Of a DNA stretch of 64,000 nt, positions 32,967 through 46,190 are shown piece after piece (within the stretch, counting starts at the first letter, position 1; each line of letters starts with the position of its first letter). This DNA comes from Octopus vulgaris (Eukaryota), in contig OX597823.1 of assembly GCA_951406725.2 (NCBI GenBank), positions 97,836,001-97,900,000 of the forward strand. Direction: 5' to 3'. A program made the translations under genes and the position numbers. The notes beneath the pieces were generated by a model. It ran no database searches and was not told where the DNA came from. It saw only the letters and a list, made by a program, of their open reading frames with translations.

Positions 32967-33715
32967 ATGAATGAGGCTGGTCGTAACCCGAGAAAAGGCT
33001 TAAATACAATTATGAGATCTATAAAGTATGAAAATGTAAATGGCAAAAAGGGCTTGGGATCCAGAGATGAACACGTCTGGGTCGGCAGGTGCCCCAGGGT
33101 ATCGCAGCCTGGGCTCGGTCGTCATCCTTCCACTGCATGCAGCAGCAACAACAGAAAAGTTTCCATGAATTTTGGATGCTGGAATGTAAGAACATTATTA
33201 AATTCAGAATCAAATAAAAGATACCCAGAGAGAAGGTCTGCTCTTATTGGTAAGGAAACGCAAAGGTATGCAATGGACATTGTAGCATTATCAGAGACTA
33301 GATTTCTTTGGCAAGGTAACTTTGCTGAGAAATCCAGAGGCTATACATTTTATTGGAGTGGGAAAGAAGAAAAAGAAAATTGCAAAAAAGAAAGTGATGC
33401 TCTGAAAACCTCCTTGGTTGATGATTTAGAGGAACTGCCATACAGTGCAAACGATAGAATGATATTGCTGAGGTTGCCTTTAAAGAAAGGCCGGTATGTA
33501 CCAACTATGAATGTAAGTGATAATGAAAAGCTCTCCTTTTATGATGTATTGAGCGAAAATATCCGCAAAATTTCACACGAGGATAAGATTATCATATTGG
33601 GCGATTTTAATGCTAGAGTTGGTAAAGATCATAAGACATGGGGTGTGATTGAAAAACAGAGTGGGAAATTGTAACAGCAATGGCTTACTTTTGTTACAGA
33701 TGTGTTCTGAGAAGA
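32967..33715 (+). mobile_element. RTE/BovB-type LINE 5' fragment (APE-like endonuclease domain)
   Basis: GCWNVRTL...PERRSALI...DIVALSETR...YTFYWSG...IILGDFNARVG; intronless, truncated. Confidence 0.88.
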
Positions 33716-34018
33716 ATTAAATTGAGCTGGCGTGTATGAAGTGAAAGCCTAAAGGCAGGAACATAGGAGATGGATATAAGAGGTGTTGGCGGTCGGCAGT
33801 CAGGCCAAGAAAGAAAGATCATGGCTGGCCGGATACCGGTCACATGGAAGGAGGAGAGATGGATATGGGGCAGCAGGATTGAAGGATTAGAAAAAAAATC
33901 AGATGCAAAGAGAAAGGTACAAGGGAGATAAACGAGTGGAAGACAGTGGGAGTTAAAAAAAGAGAGGGTCAAGAAATGTGAGAGAGGGAGAGCGAGAAAA
34001 AGGAATATATATATATAT

Positions 34019-34583
34019 TCTATAATATAAATTGGACATGGGTGATCATTGTATTCTTTCTTGCCTTGAAGTTCACAGCAAAACAGCTGGGTAGATTTGC
34101 GTGAAAAAGGTCACACATGTGCAGACGAGTGCATAGATTGGAATGCGGTTTGTATTTTCTTCCTAGCCCCCATAGTTACCGAGAAAATCGATTAAAACTT
34201 TTCTAATGGAATGGCATATACCATTTCGTTAGCAACAGGGCGGGGGGGGGGGCTACAGGATGACAGTCAGCCAAAGCCATACATACATACATACATACAT
34301 ACATACATACATACATACATACCCTTTCTCTCCTTTTCTCTGTCAGTCACACACATTCACTCACTACAAAAAGTGAATAGCAAAATTTCAGTTAACTCTC
34401 TCTCGGCCATACATAGATACATACATACATAACAACCTGCGTGCGCGCGTGTATGTGTGTCACTGAAGTCATTCATACACACATAAATAACGTTTCTCTC
34501 TCTCTCACGCGCGCTTTTTCTCTGTCAATCACACACATTCACTCACTACAAAAAGTGAATTAAAAATTTAAATTATCTCTTTT

Positions 34584-34627
<44 letters not shown>

Positions 34628-34970
34628 ACACACCAGCAACATTACTCCCTCTGTCTCTTCACACACACTAACAAAAGCAATTCACACACACACCACACAT
34701 TCTGTCTCGCACACCCTCATCAAACACACACACACACACGCGCGCATTCACGCACATCAATTCTTCCACTTCACGCCAACTTCAAAAGAACTTCACTCAT
34801 ACAATCGCGATCTCTCTCTCTCTCTGTCTCTTTCGTTTTCACGTCGACTTAAAAAGATCCCCTTTCCACCCAACCCCATATCAAAAAAAAATAATTTTTT
34901 TTACGGAAACTGACTATCATCTCCAAAAATGTAAATAAACGCACGTGGTTTATAAGTGGTTTGTAAGATC
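34019..34970 (+). mobile_element. Probable Helitron-derived element (5' end only)
   Basis: TCTATAATATAAA start and microsatellite-rich interior with an internal duplication; no clear 3' CTAG. Confidence 0.35.
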
Positions 34971-35226
34971 GCCCAATGTTTTAATGATTAAACAGAGGCC
35001 CAATAGAATAGCTCTCAGAAACAGACTACGTATAAATTCGTTCTTCACAACTCCTGAAGTTATTTTCTGACAAGGGGCAGAAGCAGAAATTTTCATAAAG
35101 CTGGAGGCTCTAATCAAAACATTATTATTATTATTCAGGTCACTGCCTGGAATCAGAACTCAGAATCTCGGGGTTAGTAGCCGGCGCTCTTAACCACAAC
35201 GCCATATGCCCGTCAAATATAAATAA

Positions 35227-35618
35227 CTAGCAATATCGCCCGGCGTTGCTCGGGTTTGTAAGGGAAATAACTATATAAGCATTTTTAGAGATGTAAAGTA
35301 TAATAGCCATCTCAATATGGCTAACCACAAAGGGTGGGGTTACTGTAGCTTTTTACGCTCTGAGATTTAATAATAAATTTTTAGAGAGTTACTTCCCTTA
35401 TATATGCCAAAAATGCATTAAAATGGGAAAAATTGATGGTAAATTTTTTAAAATCGTAGACTCATCGTAGACGCGCGCTAATACCCAGAAGGGCTCGATA
35501 TGAATCACGACTATAAGATACCCGGTTTTGGTTAAACTGCACCGCAAAATGTGGGAGTAGTTAGGAATCTAAATCGTAGGAGACAGACAGCACACAACCT
35601 GACTTTTATATATAAAGA
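35227..35618 (-). mobile_element. Non-autonomous Helitron, same family as 8472-8866
   Basis: High identity over the full length; A|TC...CCCGAGCAACGCCGGG...CTAG|T. Confidence 0.9.
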
Positions 35619-36577
35619 TGTAAATAATGTACATAATTCCTCATCTCTTAAATATAGAACTGTATTAAAATTTTTAGTCCTTGATAGCCATGTATAACGC
35701 TATTTTACCCTTCTTTGGAATTGTCAGCACGGCATAATTCAAGGCAAATGAATGAGCTAAATTAAACATTTTACAAAATTAGGCATTTCTTAAAATTTGA
35801 CTTGGTACATGTTCATGCTTCCTGCTGTTCAATCATCTACCGTTTTCATGTGCCTCGACACATTTTCCAATATGCAGCATCAAGACTCGACATCATTCTT
35901 TTATTTTATCAAAGTGATAACGTCATTTAGTTGGTAAGATTTCTCCTTCTGGTAACTACATTCCATTCTTACAAAATGACAAAAATTTCCAACTGTTATC
36001 AATGTTATATCAGCATAAAAATTTCTATAGCAAAATAAACAGAACTAATTTTAAAATAAGAAACATGCTACTGGTGAACTGAAGTCATTCACTTTTTTTC
36101 CCAGCGTTCTTTTGTGGGGTAGGCGTTCTTTTGCACATACCTTCTTTTGTATATGCGCTCATTTGTCGGCGTTCTTTTGTACATTCAATCTTTTGTCATT
36201 TGCCCTTTTGTCGGCACCGTTTTATCTGGCATACTTATGCAATTTCACCTTGCGTACGATATCGCACCATGGTATTGAGCTCAAGGTTGTCATGGTTGCA
36301 GCAACGTTTTTTAACCTACAAGCTGTTACTATTTTTATCATTGTTTTGCCCCAGGTCAGCTATGATTGAGCAGACTTATGATCAAAGGCGTTCCAGCCAT
36401 GGCCAACCTATTTTTATATTCAAGACCACATTATCCAAAGCGTCCCATTTTAAGATGGCATTTGAGATTTGTTGGAGATTAAGACATTTTTAGCAAATCA
36501 AGTAATTGTCCTGAGTATGACCATAAACTGCATCCGGCAGTGGAGCCTTGGTTCGGAAGTTCCAAGGTTTTGAGGAG

Positions 36578-37218
36578 TGTGGAACCATTTCTTAGCCACT
36601 ATTGTTCCCTGTCAGAGCTCCCAGCTGTAGGTTAATCAGCATATAAATCGAGATCAGCTGCGAATATGGCAAGTCTTAGCACCCGATCCGAGCCAGGGTT
36701 ACGCTGATATTGTGAGATGCAACATGGTGGAAGTGAATTATTTTGGCAGATATGTTTATTGAATCGATGGTAAGTACATCATTGGACGCTGAGCGGATGA
36801 GCAGACAACAAACCGTCAACGGCCAGGATGAACTAGTTGAGTTGGCGTACTGCAGCTATCATCTGTAGTCATGACGTATGCAGATGAAACTATGCAGCTA
36901 TCCAAAGAACAATATGATTTACTGCCCCGGGCAAGTCGTCCGGTCGGATAATGATATATATATCCGGCCGGAGCAATGTTTCCCCATTCTTTATCTGTAG
37001 CGCCTCTGGCATTCTCACCGCCGTTGCCGGACAAATTTCGTCTGCTATTTCATAGTTGTGTATTTAAATACAGTACGTCCATAAGATATGTCATCTCCAG
37101 ACGAATAATGCATTTAATTTGCCTTTTCGCGATGTATGATACACAGATAAATAAATGAGTAAAGGTGTAGAAACTGAACCGGTGTGTTAAAACAGAATGA
37201 CTCTCCCCAGACACCACA
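36578..37218 (+). mobile_element. Candidate solo LTR
   Basis: TGTGG...CCACA termini, preceding purine run, TATA-like ~36955, AATAAA ~37150; no TSD seen. Confidence 0.35.
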
Positions 37219-37299
37219 AAATATGCTTCAACACACGAATTCACATAAAGAATCTTGCAAACCAAATTACAAAAACGAAATATAATAATAATGTTTCCT

Positions 37300-38040
37300 G
37301 GTTAATATTATTTTTCTCAGGTTTTGTTGGAACTCTTGGAGCCTTGCATGCGTAGCGGGCTTGCTACTTGCAGCCTACGGTACAATACTGTTTGTTCTTT
37401 TCAACTACCTTAAATTTTTCTGGTTGTTCTAACTGTGCCAAGGAGGCAAACCTTTTGTAACAGTTCTACTGGACACTCTATTCCGATTTCTTTTATATTC
37501 TTCTTGATGCCTTCTGATACTGTTCCCAAGGACCCAACAATAATTGGCACCATCTTCACCTTCTTCATTTCCCATAGCCGGGCTATTTCGTCCTTAAGAG
37601 GATTGTATATGTCTATTGTAACGCCTTCTTTCTTGGCTGTTCGTGGGTCAAAAGGGCACGCAACACCACTTACATAGCACGTGTGGTTCACCTTTCCACA
37701 ACCACTAGGTCTGACTTGTTATGCTCTAGCACCCGAGCTGTTTGGATTGAGAAATCCCACAGGATTTTGCAGATCTCAGACTCCGCCACTCTCTATGGTT
37801 CGTGCTCACACCACGTCTTGCCATTCTCTAGACCCCACTTTTCACATAGTTTCCAATGTATCACTTTCGCTACTTCATTGTGTCACAACAACGTATGGGT
37901 TTTGGGCAAGTCTAACGCATTCATTCTCGATATGAGCAATGGTTTCGTCCACTCTATAACAGATGCGGCACAGTAGAGACACTTGCTCATTCCTAAGGTT
38001 GGCCCTCCAGTTTGTGGCTAGAGCTTGGTCTTGCACTGCC
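37300..38040 (-). mobile_element. R4/Dong-like (restriction-like endonuclease) LINE 3' fragment
   Basis: CRICY...ETIAHI..EC zinc knuckle; VACPFD...LKDEIARLW...VPIIVGSLGTV...LLQKVCLLGT. Confidence 0.85.
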
Positions 38041-38238
38041 CGTATGGGGAACGGAAAGAACTGAAAGAGAAAGCATGAAATATTTTAATAATAATTATTA
38101 TTATTATCCTTTCTTCTATAGGCACAAGGCCTGAAATTTTGCGGGAAGGAGTAAGTCGATTACATCGATCATAGTACTCGACTGGTACTTATTTCATCGA
38201 CCCCGAAAGGATGAAAGGCAAAGTCGGCGCATGTTAAG

Positions 38239-41200
38239 CTAGAAGAAACGGGCTGTAATGAGCTTTACCGTGGCGGCTATGCCGGGATGCGACAAGGAAT
38301 GAAGAGCATCGAAAACGGTACGCTGATGATGATGTGGAACAAGCGGTCTAGGTGAGCCGGTAGAGATGTCACAAAGGATACGTCCTTCAGCAGACGGAAG
38401 GGGTAAGTATTCAAATCTGCAACGGGAAGAAGTGTCCAAAGAGTCCAAAGGAGGTTGGCCAGTGGCGATAGCAGCCAATCAATGTGTGCAGGAGACGAAA
38501 GTGAACACACAGGAAGTCTGGATAATGCATCAGCAGGTATGTTTGCAGATCCGGCTATATGACGAATGTCGCTGGTATATTGCGAGATGAAATCCAAGTG
38601 CCTGTATGTCCTCGGCGAGTATTTATCAGGCTTGGATTGAAGAGCGAATGTAAGAGGTTTATGATCTGTGAATACCGAGAACTCCCGACCTACTAGGAGA
38701 TGACGGAAGTGTCTCACAGCAAGATAAACTGTTAAGAGCTATCTGTCAAAAGTACTGTAACGCTCTTCTGCTGGCTTGAGTTGACGTGAGAAAAAGGTAA
38801 GTGGTTGAGATTTCTGGTTGATGATGAGCTCTAAAACGGGGCCGACAGCGATCGTGGACGCGTCGACGGTTAGGGATAGTTTCACGTTTGCATCAGGATG
38901 ACCGAGAAAAGAAACTTTAGCTGATTCAGACTTTACGGCTTGCAAGGTGTCAACAGAAAGGGAAATAGATGCGTCTTTCTTCTTCGTGAATTTCAAAAGT
39001 TGTGTCAGGAGAGATAACAGTTCGGGATAAAAGTTCTGTAAAAATTTATTAACCCCCAAAAGTGACGTACTTGTTTCAATGAAGTAGGGGGTACAATTTT
39101 CTTAATAGCATCGACTTTAGATGGGAGGGGTCGAATTCCCTCTGCGTCTATAAGATGTCCAAGGAATTCCAATGAAGTTTTACCGAATACACATTTAGCT
39201 GGCTTGATATTTACATGATACACTCGCAGACGTTGAAACTACTGAGATAGATATTGATGATGATGTTCAACTGTATCGCTGGCTACTAGGAGGTCATCTA
39301 CATAAGCAAAACAAAATTCTGTCCGTATACGACTTCATCGATGAAGCGCTGAAATGTACTGGCAGCATTTCTCAGACCAAAAAGCCTAGACAGGAATTGG
39401 AATGAACAAAACGGGGTGGTTACGGCAGTTTTAGGTATATCTTCCGGGTTCATCGGGATTTGGTGCTACGCACGTACTAGATCCACTTTGTGCGACCATG
39501 GAGAACATAAGAGAAATCCTTTAAGTAGGGTATAGGATAACGATCGGGCATGGTGATAGTATTAAGTCTCTCGTAATCACCAACAGGTCTAAAGTCCGCT
39601 TCACCCTTCCGAGCTAAGTGTAGCGGAGATGCCCAAGGGCTAGTAGAAGGACGTATAAGACCGAGCTGGAGCATGTGCTTGAATTCAGCGTGGGCTTTCT
39701 TGAGCCTGTCTGGCGCTAATCTACAGGGACGAGAGAAAACGGGTGGGCTAGTTGTTGTAATAAAATGTTGAGTCGAGTGGACTGTCTGGGTAGGCTTAAA
39801 TGAGAGATCTGTTAACTCGGGAATCGAGGCAAGAAGAGTATGGAACTGGTCACTGGCAGCAGCTACGAAAAATGATGGGCTGAGGATAGCAGTGATAGAT
39901 TCACATGTAGGCGTAGATAAAGATGTGGTAGTGTCCACAAGTCTCTGTTTCCTGACGTCTACCAAGAGCGAAAAGTGGTGTAAGAAGTCGGCCCCAAGGA
40001 TAGGATGAGGCAGGTCGGCGATGACAAAAATCCATTTAAAACCTCGACGCAAGGTAAGGTCTAGCGTTAAGGATGTCTGACCGTAGGTTTTGATGGGAGA
40101 CTGATTCACTTCATATAAGGAAATACTGGATAACTGTGGCTTATTAGAGCTGAACCGTGATGGCAAAATACTGCAGCTTGATCCTGTATCGACCATGAAC
40201 GACCTGTTTGAGACTAGGTCCCTAATGAAGAAGAACGATTAGCCGAAACGTTGTGAGAGAGGTCTGACGTGCCCAGGCCCTCCAGGTTCAGTTTTCCGAC
40301 ATTTTAAAAACAGAAGGCTCGTTACATTGACGTGCCTTGTCATGAACACGTGCGTGGTACCAACACACCGAAGAATTATTGATTGAAAAACTGTTACGTC
40401 GTTGAGAAGAGAAAGAACGGCTTCGAGAACGCCGTCTAACACAAAAGAATTGAGCTATTTGGCGCGTTAAACCATCGATAGCCTTCAACATAGCATCTCC
40501 ATTTTTATTATCAGGCTGTTGTTATGAAGACGATGAAGCAATAACCGAATCAGCCGCGGTGGGTCTGTGAGAGAATTCCATTATCCTATCTGCAGATGAA
40601 GTGATTTGATTTTATAGTGTTGGTGTCAGCCATATTCGCCAATATCGTCTGTACATTAGTTGGTAAGCGGGAAAAAAAATAATCTTTTTACGAAGAAGCT
40701 GTCCGCATATGTATCGTCACTGAGTTCTCTGATCCGCCTAAGAAATTCCGAAGGAGTTCTTTCACCTAGGCTTTCATCCTGTAATAAAGCACGGAAACGG
40801 CTTTCTGCTAATCAAAAATTCCTGCGTAGTATTTCTGTTTTCAAAGAATCGTAGGTCATGCCTTGTGGAAAGTCTGTGATGAAAGCTTTAACGGTGTCTG
40901 CTAAAATGGCGGGAATGCCACTAATAAGCACGTGTAGCATTTGTTGAGTGGCTTATATACCATGTGCTGTGAAGTAAGAATCAAGCTGTGCAAACCATAG
41001 CTTAGCATCGCCAGAATAAGCTGGTATGGAAGTGTTACTCGTGATTATGACAAAAAACAGGCGTGATCAGTTGACTTTTTCCTTTGACGCGAAAGACACG
41101 AAATTATTTCAAAACTAGAATATCAGAGGTGCTGGTGGAGCAAAGTAGAAATTACCTTGAAGAGTGTAGTTTGGCGTCGATTTACCACGTGCTGTGGGTT

Positions 41201-41531
41201 GCGTATTCAAAAATCGGGTTCACTATTTTGTAGCGACTATCGTGCTCTGACGTTGGGGTTACCATTTTATAGTGATGTCAGTAAGTGACATCCTATAATT
41301 TTTATAATTGCATGCGAGAAAGAGGGGTCACCATTTTGTACGTAAACGACAAGAAACTAAGCAATTTGTAAGACGTTCGTAATAAGTCATAACATATAAG
41401 GTTAATTGAGGGAAAAGCTTGTAACATCACATGAACATATTTTGCAACTACTCGAAGCAAATGAGGCGAACGTCCGCGTGTGCGGCTGTGCATGCGAGCG
41501 GCATGACTCAATGCATGTCTAGGAACCGACA
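38239..41531 (-). mobile_element. Gypsy/Ty3 LTR retrotransposon, decayed and 3'-truncated (5' LTR ~41337-41531, gag, PR, RT, RNase H, start of IN)
   Basis: CWYH gag motif, VDTGS protease, SPWASPLH, AYVDDLL, VDAS/FTDHKPL RNase H, HSLSHPG integrase; tRNA-Trp-like PBS TGGTGACCCC. Confidence 0.92.
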
Positions 41532-41539
41532 GCAAGAGT

Positions 41540-44500
41540 GATTTCTTTATTTGCCTATAAAGGCCTTATAAAGATATAAATAAACACAAAGGTGGATCGG
41601 GGTCAAACAATGGATATGCATTACAGGGGAGGGGGGTTCATGCGTCTGTGATTACGAATGTAGAGTTAAAATGACAGAAATGTTATGTAATTAAAAATTA
41701 ATTATATATAATTAGGAATTTTACAAAATTTTCTTCCGGGTTTCATTTCAACCCGCCAACTTTAGACCTTTGTTTAACTTCTTTTTAGGGGAAGTAGGAT
41801 CGCTTCCTTCCTTCTTCTCCCTTGACCGGCTAGACCAGCACGGTCCCATTCATTCTCAACTTTCTTATCACGCTTATCTATCTTTTCTCATATACACTTT
41901 GGGGCAGGCACTTCCTCTCCAGACGGATTTTCCTTACGAGTTGAACCAACTTTCCAACCCCTGTTCGGAGATGAAGTGACCTGTTTCAATCCCTTTTGCG
42001 CGCGTCCTCCACACTGTCTCTTTCATTATGGCAACTACGCAGAAGAAAGCAGCCTTCCTTTCCTTGTTAAAGGAGGGAGGCGGTACAATCTTAACTATGG
42101 ACTCAGTCGAGAGCCCTACTCTTTCCCCATCCGACATGTCACCAGGCCCCTCAATTCCAAACAATGTACGAAGTCGTGCGCGACAGTTTCACTGACGTGC
42201 CCGCACCTCGGATATGTGGGAGGGGGTGTTGTAACCGTACCTTGATAACCTCTCTCGAACTGGTAAGGCCGAACGACAGCACAACCAGGCCAAGGATTTC
42301 TGGAAATTATCCAAATACCTCGGCCCGAATGTCCTCTCGAACAGGCTGGCTAGTTGTTCGTTATCCAAGTCCATTGACTCTCCCAGGTCGTCGTCAGACT
42401 TAAACTCTACCAACCCTCTATAGAAATCCGCAGTGATAACCTCACTGCCGGTATTGCTCGCCCGAGGGAACAGGTTGAGTGCTTATCTGCACTCTCTCTG
42501 CCATTCCTTCATCTTAGGTCTCCGCCTGATCCATGTGCCTAAGTCCCTAAGGGACTCCAATTGAGGGAAAAGCTGCTTGGCTTACTACTCACCATCCAGG
42601 TAGCGCCGAAGGTGCCTCAGCCTCAACGCATACTTGCGCATCATCAGCCAAGGCATCCCCAGTCCACCTTTAGCGGTTTCTGACAGCAAATGGAGCGCCT
42701 CAGAAGTAGTGGTTTCCCCTTCCACAAAAAGCTAAAAAGGATCCTTTCCAACCTGTTCAACCACAAACCGGGGCAATGTAGAACGGTTAGACGGTAGGTT
42801 ATCACAGATGCTATAAACACCTGTGTAACCGCGGCCCTCCCTAGCAAGGATACCGACCTCCCAGACCAGGTCTGGATTTTGCCCGTCACCTTACTACCTC
42901 GCTCCAGTTTTTCTCCACCTGGAAGTCTAATGTAAACTAGACCCTGAGCAATTTAACCGGGCCCTCCGTCCAACGTCCGACGACGCTATTGGAAGGCATC
43001 GACTTGCCACGCCAGGTGCCGAGCTGCAAACCGACTGATTTTCCTGGTTAATTTTTGCCCCTGCCACTGCTTCGTATTCTTGGATGGCGTCTTCTACACA
43101 AGGTAGCTGCCCTTCATCAGTCACGATGATGGTGACATCATCCGCATATACCGTTACACTTCTGCCATAACATAGATCACGTGGGTCTCCCCCAACGTCC
43201 CCAATCTCCGCAGTAGCGGCTCAAGAGCCAGTACATATAGGAGCGGGGACAGGGGACGGCCCTAAGGAACTGAACTGAACGGGCACGAGAAGAACTTGTT
43301 CACCCGGACAGCAGATTCGATGTTACAATACAAAGCTTCGATCCAGCTACGAAAGGTCGGGCCCAGTCCGCCACCAGATACCGACGGTCAACCCTATCGA
43401 ATGTCTTAGACTGGTCCAAATTCACCAGTGCTCCGCCTTTGCCAGAAAATTTCCCAACCGTCTCTATGGTGTAGCAAATGAGATGAGGTTGTCGAATATC
43501 GTCCTTCATGGGATGGCGCATGTCTGCACCTCTCCTACCAGGTTTCCAACGACAATCTTCATTCTCTTCGCTAACACCTTGGCCAAAATCTTTAACTCTG
43601 TGTTTAGCAGAGTTATGGACCTAAAATTACTTACGTTATCCCCCTTGCTCGGGTCCTTTCTGATCAGTGTCATAACTCCTCGGTTCGCAGATTTGGGAAT
43701 TCACCTATTCTGATGCCAATTCGCGTAAACACTGGCCAGTATGTTCCCGAACAAGTCTGGCATACATTTATAAAATTCGTAAGGTAGACCATCCAGTCCC
43801 AGCGACTTGTCTCCGGGATACTCGGAAAGTACCTCTGTGACCTCCTCAGCCGTGATCGACCCTTCACAGCGCTCATCATCTCGTGCCGAAAGACGCGGGC
43901 CGCTGGCCAGGAAATCCCGTAAGGCATCCCCATGGTCAAATGTCCCGCCCCCTCCGAACAACGCAGAAAAGTGCTCGTGAAATACCTTTCATATTTCCTC
44001 TTGTCCTTCGATTGCCTGTCCATGTTCCTTTGTCACAGACCTAATCGTAGCATCCACGCCACGTTGGGTTTCTACCGAGCGAACCCACCTGGCAACGTTG
44101 ATACTTTCGCGACCCAATGCACGTACTTGAGCCCGAACTTTGCATCCTTCGTGTTTGGTATTGAGGTGTCGGTCTAAGGCCGATCTCGCCACCAAAACTT
44201 GGGATGCAGAGCCCACCCTCAGCGCCTCTTCTAATGCCTTAACTAAGCCCCTTTCTACTCTATTCTTCTCTAAACTTAACTGTTTACTAAATCTAATTGA
44301 CTCAGTACGAATAGCTCTTTTGGGGGCACCCCACCACCGGTTATTTAACACAGTGCCGGTTAGTGCCCTCATAATTAACATCTTAATCTGGCTACAGTAT
44401 GCTTTGCGATCCAGTAAGGATTTGTTCAACTTCCAATAGCCAGATCCCTGTCTATGAGCCTTATCTGTTTGCAACCTACACGTCACTAATTTGTGATCCG

Positions 44501-44655
44501 TGTAGGGTACATAGGTAAATTGTGGACAACTTACACTAGACTTATCTCTCGCATTAACTATGATCCTACCGACAGACAAGAGTGGCACGAAATTAGAAAT
44601 GTGTTCCTGTATATAAGGGATGAACCGAAAGTCCCTGACTTCCATGTCATCCGGA
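41540..44655 (-). mobile_element. Tx1/L1-clade LINE ORF2, decayed and 5'-truncated
   Basis: TDHKLV, GYWKLN, KSLGLDGLPYEFY, LDQSKTFDRVD, YADDVT, WSGRSVSLLGRA; AATAAA-containing 3' end near 41545. Confidence 0.9.
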
Positions 44656-44927
44656 AGTTAATTGGAAGTTTCTAGAATGTTCGAGAATTTTCGAGAAGGT
44701 CGAGGGAGATTACTCTCGTTATATTCCTTTTTCGTTTTGTTCTCCCGCTTGACCGCCAGGGGTCACTACAGTGTCATACCACCACGTGGTACGTCTGAGA
44801 CTTGCCGAAGGTACCACGCAGCGAGATTAAACCGGGGCCCACTTGGCTGAGTAGCAAATTTCTTATCACTCAGTCACGCTTGTGCCTTTCCTAAACGGAA
44901 AAAAATATATAACAAGGTATATAAAAT

Positions 44928-46190
44928 TATAGTTTAACTTCAGGTCACCAAAACCAAAAAAAAAAGAAAAAAACAGTCTAACAAGTGGGCAAAAATGTGT
45001 AGAGAATTAATATGGAAACAAAAATTTGCGCAAATGGGAAGTGGGGAGGTCATTTTCGGAAAATTCACACGATCCGATTTTTCCCGCATAACTTTTAGGA
45101 AAACGGATATATATTAATGAAATTTTAAAGAAATACCGTTCAAATGGCATAGATTACGATTATAAAGAAATTTATGGGGAAAATGCTTTCCGAAGGGGTG
45201 GGGGAGAGGACTGTCGGAAAATTCACACGATCCGCTTTTTTCTTTATCATGCCGTTCGAAAGGCAATGGAGAGGTTTACTTGAAATCTGTCCTTCGTTTC
45301 ATTTTCGATGTCGTCACATTTGAAAACTAGTGCTCGAGAATTCTAATTTTGCTTACTATGAATGCATCAGCACTTTTCATTGTAACGATCAAAAGTCGGT
45401 TGAGTCCCTTCATTCACACGGAGTCTTACCAAACATAGTGATATGCCCTCATTGAAACAGCGATGGGAAAATGCCTCACTCTAACAATTTTGAAAATAGC
45501 ACACATAGAAACATACACACACAAAACATTGAAAGACTTTGGAGGGACATAAAAGAATCAATCCAAAAGCCAGGAATTCGATTAAAATATCTGCAACAAT
45601 ATCTTGCAAGATATTTATTTATAACTTCTCAACATGAAGAAAGTCTGTTGCACAAGTTCTTCATAGAGGCATTCAAATTGTACCTTCCTCTCTCGAACTC
45701 TTGTCGTCAATTAATTACCAACCAAGACGAGAGTATGTATATGTGTGATTGCGCAATTTTTTGCTTTCATATTCGTTTTCTACACATTTTTTTGCACCTA
45801 GTAGACAGTCTTTTTTTTTTTTCGCTTTGGTGACCGGGTGCTAAACTAGATCCTTAAAGTTATGAGGGGGGAAAAAACTGATCGTGTGAATTTTCCGACA
45901 ATCTTTTCCCCACCCCTTCTGAAAACATTTTCCCCGCAAATTTCTTTATAATCGTAATCTATGCCGTTTGAAAAGTGTTTCTGTAAAATTTCATCAAAAG
46001 ATGTCCGTTTTCCTGAAAGTTGCGAGGAAAAAAAATCGGATCGTGTGAATTTTCCGAAAGTCCTTTCCCTCCCTCCCCGTTCGTTTGCGCAAATTTTTGT
46101 TTTCATGTTCGTCTTCTACACATTTTTTAAAACACCTATGAGACTGGGGGGTTTTTTTTCTGTTTTGGTAACCGGGAGTTAAATTATATA
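44928..46190 (+). mobile_element. Merlin (IS1016/IS1595-like) derivative: long TIRs around a transposase C-terminal fragment
   Basis: ~44928-45250 is inverted at ~45860-46190; ORF 45471-45833 HSNNF...HTQNIERLWRDIK...LQQYLARYLF. Confidence 0.8.

Noticed and set aside
32967-33674. Second APE/ExoIII-like ORF as an APEX1 paralogue completing the duplicated exon 1
   Set aside because: Intronless, with WNVRTL/ERRSAL/GDFNARVG motifs of RTE LINE endonucleases rather than APE1 motifs
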